From assembly GCA_964524325.1 (NCBI GenBank), contig CAZGCT010000003.1, positions 196,410 to 260,409 of the forward strand: a stretch of DNA of 64,000 nt. Reading direction: 5' to 3'. Position 1 is the stretch's first letter. Each line of letters starts with the position of its first letter. The position numbers and the translations under genes were made by a program. The notes beneath the pieces were generated by a model. It did not search any database. It was not told the DNA's origin and was given only the letters and a program-made list of their open reading frames with translations. Positions 59,670-64,000 of the stretch are shown piece after piece. Source of the stretch: an uncultured Hyphomicrobiales bacterium. Lineage in GTDB: Bacteria; Bacteroidota; Ignavibacteria; Kapaibacteriales; UBA2268.

Positions 59670-60524
59670 ATGTTTGTTATCATTGGGGTAGTGATTGTAT
59701 TTGTTTCCATTATTGGTGGATTAATTGTTGCTGGCGGTAACCCCTTGGCTTTGATAGTTCCGGCAGAGTACATTATAATCGGAGGTTCTGCGCTCGGTTC
59801 GCTTTTGATTGCTAATCCCCTCCCGGTATTAAAGAGAATTATCTCTGGAACTTTGGGAACTATCAAAGGGGCGAAAGTGAATAAAACTGCATACATCGAA
59901 TTATTGCAATTGTTGTATGAATTGTTCCAATTTGCCAAAAGGGAGGGATTAATCGCAATTGAGTCTCACATCGAAAACCCGGAACAAAGTTCAATCTTTT
60001 CGAAATACCCTACATTTATTGCAAACAAACCAGCAGTAGAATTTCTTACAGACACATTAAAAGTTGTGTTAAGTGGAGGTGTCCCAGCCCACGACTTAGA
60101 AGAATTAATGGACATTGATATTGAAAATATATTTGAAGAAGAGCAAGTACCAGCACAATCATTACAAACCCTTGCCGAAGCTTTCCCTGGTTTAGGAATT
60201 GTTGCTGCTGTTATGGGTATCATCGTTACGATGGCTTCCGTTAATGAAGGAGCAGAAGCTGTGGGTCACCATGTTGCTGCTGCCCTGGTTGGAACTTTTT
60301 TAGGAGTTTTAATGTGCTATGGAGTAATTGGACCAACTGCATCGATTATGAGCAAAATAGTGCAAAAAGAGTTAAAATACTTTCAAGCTATCAAAGCTGC
60401 GTTGCTAGCATTTGCCAAAGGAGCACCTGCCTCTGTCGCAGTAGAATATGGCCGACGCTCTATCGACCCTGAAAATCGACCAAGTTTCCAGGAGACCGAG
60501 CAAGCAATTAAACAAGCAAGGTAA
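59670..60524 (+). CDS. motA: flagellar motor stator protein MotA/PomA
   Basis: Four TM helices with a cytoplasmic loop. The C-terminal TM3-TM4 region (..AAALVGTFLGVLMCYGVIGP..) matches MotA. Confidence 0.8.
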   Translation: MFVIIGVVIVFVSIIGGLIVAGGNPLALIVPAEYIIIGGSALGSLLIANPLPVLKRIISGTLGTIKGAKVNKTAYIELLQLLYELFQFAKREGLIAIESHIENPEQSSIFSKYPTFIANKPAVEFLTDTLKVVLSGGVPAHDLEELMDIDIENIFEEEQVPAQSLQTLAEAFPGLGIVAAVMGIIVTMASVNEGAEAVGHHVAAALVGTFLGVLMCYGVIGPTASIMSKIVQKELKYFQAIKAALLAFAKGAPASVAVEYGRRSIDPENRPSFQETEQAIKQAR

Positions 60525-60526
60525 AA

Positions 60527-61459
60527 GTGGGAGAAAATATGTCTGAAGAAGAAAAAAAGCATAAAGAAGAACCGATAATAATAAAAAAGATAAAGGGGCA
60601 TCATGCTCATGCCCCCCATGGTGGCTCTTGGAAAGTTGCTTATGCCGATTTTGTAACAGCTATGATGGCTTTCTTCATTGTTTTGTGGATTTTAGGGCAA
60701 AGTGAACAAATCAGACAAATGGTTTCTTCTTATTTTCAAGACCCTGGGGCTTTTAATTTTATCACTGGTAAAAGAACTGTTCCCGTTAAAATTGATATTC
60801 TTGAAAATCCAGAAACTGGTAAAGGCGAAGGAAAAGAGAAAAATCAATTCGTTTTCTTTTTACCACCTGAACAACAAGATACTCTTGCAGAAAAAGTATC
60901 AGAAAAGTTAAGAAAAAGGTCTATTCAAGATAGCATAAAAGCTGTTGAAAGAGTTAAAGCAATAGCCGAAGAAATTAAACAAATTTTTCAGCAAAGTGCT
61001 GCAAAAAATTCCAAGTTAAATGAACTTATTTCATCTATACATTTCGAGCTCACCAAGGAAGGCTTGAGAATAGAACTAATTGAAACAAAAGAATCTGTAT
61101 TCTTCGAAGTCGGAAGTGCCAGGTTAAAACCTGAAGCAAAAGAAATTCTGGCTACCTTAGCAATGGAGATTGGTAAGTTGCCTAATTATGTCGAAGTGGA
61201 GGGCCACACAGATAGCCGCCAATATTCCAAAGCATCTGCATACACAAATTGGGAATTGTCTTCCGATAGGGCTAACGCGGCACGCAAGGTGCTCGAAGAA
61301 AATGGACTATGGGAAGGGCAAATAATCAGAGTTACTGGTTTTGCAGACAAAAAATTGAAAAATATTGAAAATCCTTTCGATTTTACAAATAGAAGAACTA
61401 CTATACTAATTAAAAATATTAGTTCTGAGGAAATTCTGAAAAATTATACTAAAGAATGA
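60527..61459 (+). CDS. motB: flagellar motor protein MotB (OmpA-like C-terminal domain)
   Basis: Single TM helix (AYADFVTAMMAFFIVLWI) and a C-terminal OmpA/peptidoglycan-binding domain (VEVEGHTDS..SSDRANAARKVL). Confidence 0.8.
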   Translation: MGENMSEEEKKHKEEPIIIKKIKGHHAHAPHGGSWKVAYADFVTAMMAFFIVLWILGQSEQIRQMVSSYFQDPGAFNFITGKRTVPVKIDILENPETGKGEGKEKNQFVFFLPPEQQDTLAEKVSEKLRKRSIQDSIKAVERVKAIAEEIKQIFQQSAAKNSKLNELISSIHFELTKEGLRIELIETKESVFFEVGSARLKPEAKEILATLAMEIGKLPNYVEVEGHTDSRQYSKASAYTNWELSSDRANAARKVLEENGLWEGQIIRVTGFADKKLKNIENPFDFTNRRTTILIKNISSEEILKNYTKE

Positions 61460-62661
61460 GTGTGGAGATGGAAAATCTAACATTTCTTGTCGTAGATGAT
61501 GATAAAGCTACCATTTCAAACATTAGGGCTATTCTTTCTAAAAGCTTTCCTAATGCTGGATTTCTTATCGCATTTAAAGGAAACGAAGCTTGGGAATTAA
61601 TTCAAAAGAATAATATTGATATTATTATTTCAGATTATGATATACCAGAAATTAATGGCTTGGAATTGTGTAGAAAAGTCCGGAATTACCCGAAATTGAA
61701 AAACATTTATTTTATTCTAATTACTGGTTATGTCGATAAGCAATTAAAAATAAAAGCTTTGGAGGAATGTGTTGACGATTTTATTAATAAGCCAATTGAA
61801 TATGATGAGTTTATAGCCAGACTTAGAGCAGGTATTAGAGTTTTACGACTTAAGCGAAAAGTGGAGGAAGAGAATAAATTACTTAAAGAATTAGCTTCTG
61901 CCCTCGAAAAACAAATTAACGATACAAAACAACTAACAATACGCTTTATTAAGCTAAAAATGCCCTTCGTAGCAGAAATTTTGAAAAGAGTTGCTAAATC
62001 ATCTGTTTGGATTGCTAAATTAACAGGTAATTTTAGCGAGGAAGAGTTACAAGACATTGAGTTTGCTTCTTATTTAGTTTATTTGGGAAAATTATCTTTG
62101 CCTGATGAATATCTTGAGAAACCTGTACTTACGGATGGAGCCCCAACAAATCCTTTGATGTGTCAAGTTCCTATGAAAACAAAAGAACTTCTTGAAAATA
62201 TAGGTACTTTCGAAAATGTTGCAAAATTCATTTTTCATATTTGGGAAAATTTTGATGGTAGCGGCATACCTTTGAAATTGCAATCTTGGCAAATCCCTGC
62301 TGCTTCACGAATTATAAGGGTTGCATTAGATTTTGAAGAGCTACGTTTTTTCAAAAGACTTTCTGCAGACGACGCCCTTGAAGCACTAAAACAAGCCTCT
62401 CGGAGATTATACGACCCCAAAGTTGTTCTTTTCTTTGAACAATTCCTACTAGAATATAGGGAACTTGAAGGAAGTCTGCTCGAGAAACCCATTACTTTAA
62501 AAGAACTTAAAGAGGGACTCGTTGTTTCAAGAGATGTTTACACATATTCAGGTTTAAAACTTGTTCCCGCAGGTATTACATTAACCTCAAAAACAATTCA
62601 AGCACTACTCTCACACAACACTACAGACCCAATCCTTGGGAATGTCTGGGTAAAAATGTAG
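61456..62661 (+). CDS. response regulator: REC receiver domain fused to a catalytically degenerate HD-GYP domain
   Basis: REC: LVVDDD..DIIISDYDIPEINGLE. HD-GYP homology with the key residues replaced: LVYLGKLSLPDEY where the HD motif should be, and HIWENFDGSGIPLKL..RIIRVALDFEEL where HHExxDGSGYP..RIxxVADxFDALTS is expected. Overlaps motB by 4 bp. Confidence 0.65.
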   Translation: MSVEMENLTFLVVDDDKATISNIRAILSKSFPNAGFLIAFKGNEAWELIQKNNIDIIISDYDIPEINGLELCRKVRNYPKLKNIYFILITGYVDKQLKIKALEECVDDFINKPIEYDEFIARLRAGIRVLRLKRKVEEENKLLKELASALEKQINDTKQLTIRFIKLKMPFVAEILKRVAKSSVWIAKLTGNFSEEELQDIEFASYLVYLGKLSLPDEYLEKPVLTDGAPTNPLMCQVPMKTKELLENIGTFENVAKFIFHIWENFDGSGIPLKLQSWQIPAASRIIRVALDFEELRFFKRLSADDALEALKQASRRLYDPKVVLFFEQFLLEYRELEGSLLEKPITLKELKEGLVVSRDVYTYSGLKLVPAGITLTSKTIQALLSHNTTDPILGNVWVKM

Positions 62662-63403
62662 TTTTGGTATTTTCCAAGCTCAAAAGTGATTGAAGTTTGA
62701 TAGCGTTCGGAATAGAATGTCCAAGTATTCCATTGTTAAATATTACAAAAGCAGTTTTTATTCTATCTTCCAAAGAAATAATAGTTTCAGCAATTTCTTT
62801 GAGTTCAGTTTCTTCGTAGGAAGATTTATGTAAAGAAATTCTCCCATGAAGCCTAAGGTACAAAGTTTTATTTGTTAAAATAATTGATAAGGGTTGCTTT
62901 GGCGAATCTGGGTTAGCAAAGGAAATATTATTTTCAATTAACATGTTTAAAACCACTTCGGATTTGGAATAATAATTTCGAAATTCAACCCCAACTGGAT
63001 ATTTTGAACGAATTAAAGCAATTATTTCAGTCAAAATTTCAATCGGTGTATTGAAATTTGGTGGCAATTGCAAGAGTAACAGTCCAATTTTCGGTTTTAA
63101 AATTTCAATGTTATCAAAAAAAATATCTAAATCTTTTTGCGAATTTATTAGCTTTTTCTTGTGAGAAATTTCTTGAGGGATTTTCAAAATGAACTTAAAA
63201 TTCTCCCCTACCGATTGCATCCAATTTCGATAAGTATCAGATTTAAAAAGACGATAGAAAGTAGAGTTGACTTCTACGCAATTAAATACCTGAGAGTAAT
63301 AGTTTAACCATTTCTTTTGAGGTAGTCCTTCAGGATATAAAATTCCAACCCAATTTGGAAAAGCCCAACCCGATGTACCAATAAATATTTCCATCAGATT
63401 CAT
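62621..63403 (-). CDS. DUF72 (UPF0759) family protein
   Basis: FIGTSGWAFPNWVGILYP..YFNCVEVNSTFY matches the DUF72 N-terminus. 260 aa. Confidence 0.7.
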   Translation of the reverse strand: MNLMEIFIGTSGWAFPNWVGILYPEGLPQKKWLNYYSQVFNCVEVNSTFYRLFKSDTYRNWMQSVGENFKFILKIPQEISHKKKLINSQKDLDIFFDNIEILKPKIGLLLLQLPPNFNTPIEILTEIIALIRSKYPVGVEFRNYYSKSEVVLNMLIENNISFANPDSPKQPLSIILTNKTLYLRLHGRISLHKSSYEETELKEIAETIISLEDRIKTAFVIFNNGILGHSIPNAIKLQSLLSLENTKTTFLPRHSQGLGL

Positions 63404-64000
63404 TTTATGATTGGAACAAAGATAATTTTACGCAACCACCCGTTTGTCAAATGAACAAAAATATCTGCATTTGCTACTCTCCTATTAGAAATTTCGCAAA
63501 AGTCAATTACATTAACTCCTTTATTAACACTTGTTTCACTTTTAATAATTAAATTTCCAACAACATCATAAAAAGATACCTCGATTTCTTGTGCTTCATT
63601 TGATTCCAATATTATCTTGGTCTCACCATTCTCCAACGAAAAGCCAAGTAATTCAAAGGAAGGAAAGATCTCTAACCGAAGCGAACCAATAGGTTGACAT
63701 ACAGGAAAAACCTTCAAGAGCCCATCGATAAAGTTAACGTTAATTTCCTTTAATGGAGAAAAAGAAAGTAAGCCAAATTTTAAGGATGTGGAATCTGGAA
63801 AAGAGTACAATGTCTTTCCCAAAATGGAAATAGGTTTTCCATAATTTAAAAATTGAATCAAGGGAAAATCTTTTAGCTTAATTTTAATAATACCCAGGGA
63901 TAACTCAGATTCAACATCTAATCCTTCAATTTTGCATAATTGAGGATAAAAAAGCCATTTGTCAAAAGTAACAATTAAATCCATAGAGGTTATTTTCAAA
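63400..64000 (-). CDS. hypothetical protein, probably 5'-truncated by the window edge; the C-terminus may be a T9SS-type sorting domain
   Basis: The track ORF starts at a TTG at the very edge of the window. There is no signal peptide on the visible part. C-terminal ..VSFYDVVGNLII..GVNVIDFCEISNRRVANADIFVHL.. is weakly T9SS-CTD-like. Confidence 0.3.
   Translation of the reverse strand, partial: LKITSMDLIVTFDKWLFYPQLCKIEGLDVESELSLGIIKIKLKDFPLIQFLNYGKPISILGKTLYSFPDSTSLKFGLLSFSPLKEINVNFIDGLLKVFPVCQPIGSLRLEIFPSFELLGFSLENGETKIILESNEAQEIEVSFYDVVGNLIIKSETSVNKGVNVIDFCEISNRRVANADIFVHLTNGWLRKIIFVPIIK

Overview
The window is low-GC (roughly one-third GC by eye) and densely coding. It looks like chromosomal core from a motile bacterium with type IX secretion system (T9SS) cargo, which fits the Fibrobacteres-Chlorobi-Bacteroidetes (FCB) group and possibly an Ignavibacteria-like organism; that placement is inferred from gene content only. 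Most genes are housekeeping or envelope functions: gyrA, pyrC, purL, recR/ybaB, lpxK, uvrD/pcrA, dtd, rpmB and a split transketolase. There is a flagellar regulatory operon (flhF-flhG-fliA) and a motA-motB stator. Also present are an RND efflux operon with a TetR regulator, a TonB-dependent receptor paired with an HmuY-like lipoprotein, a PspA/YbjN pair, an archease-RtcB RNA repair pair, and a 1418-aa cargo protein with a T9SS C-terminal domain. I found four tRNAs (Ala-GGC and Asp-GTC on the plus strand, Pro-CGG and Ser-GCT on the minus strand); none encodes its CCA end. I found no CRISPR array, integrase, transposase or phage structural genes. The two features that look least like ordinary core genome are these. 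First, two 100% identical 314-bp copies of a small GIY-YIG (YhbQ/UPF0213-like) gene sit directly after tRNA-Asp, and each copy ends in a hairpin followed by the 3' terminal 18 nt of the tRNA. Second, about 1.4 kb around tRNA-Pro has no ORF, is AT-rich, and lies next to a nuoD gene with no other nuo genes nearby. Other items worth follow-up are a response-regulator protein with a catalytically degenerate HD-GYP domain translationally coupled to motAB, a 1036-aa outer-membrane protein with three domains next to a WYL-domain regulator, a lipoprotein gene inside the split transketolase operon, a Memo-AMMECR1 fusion, a HydG-like radical SAM gene with no hydrogenase context, and a class V aminotransferase-fold protein with a Tat signal. 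Protein family calls come from motifs I recognised by eye in the supplied translations. None has been checked against a database.
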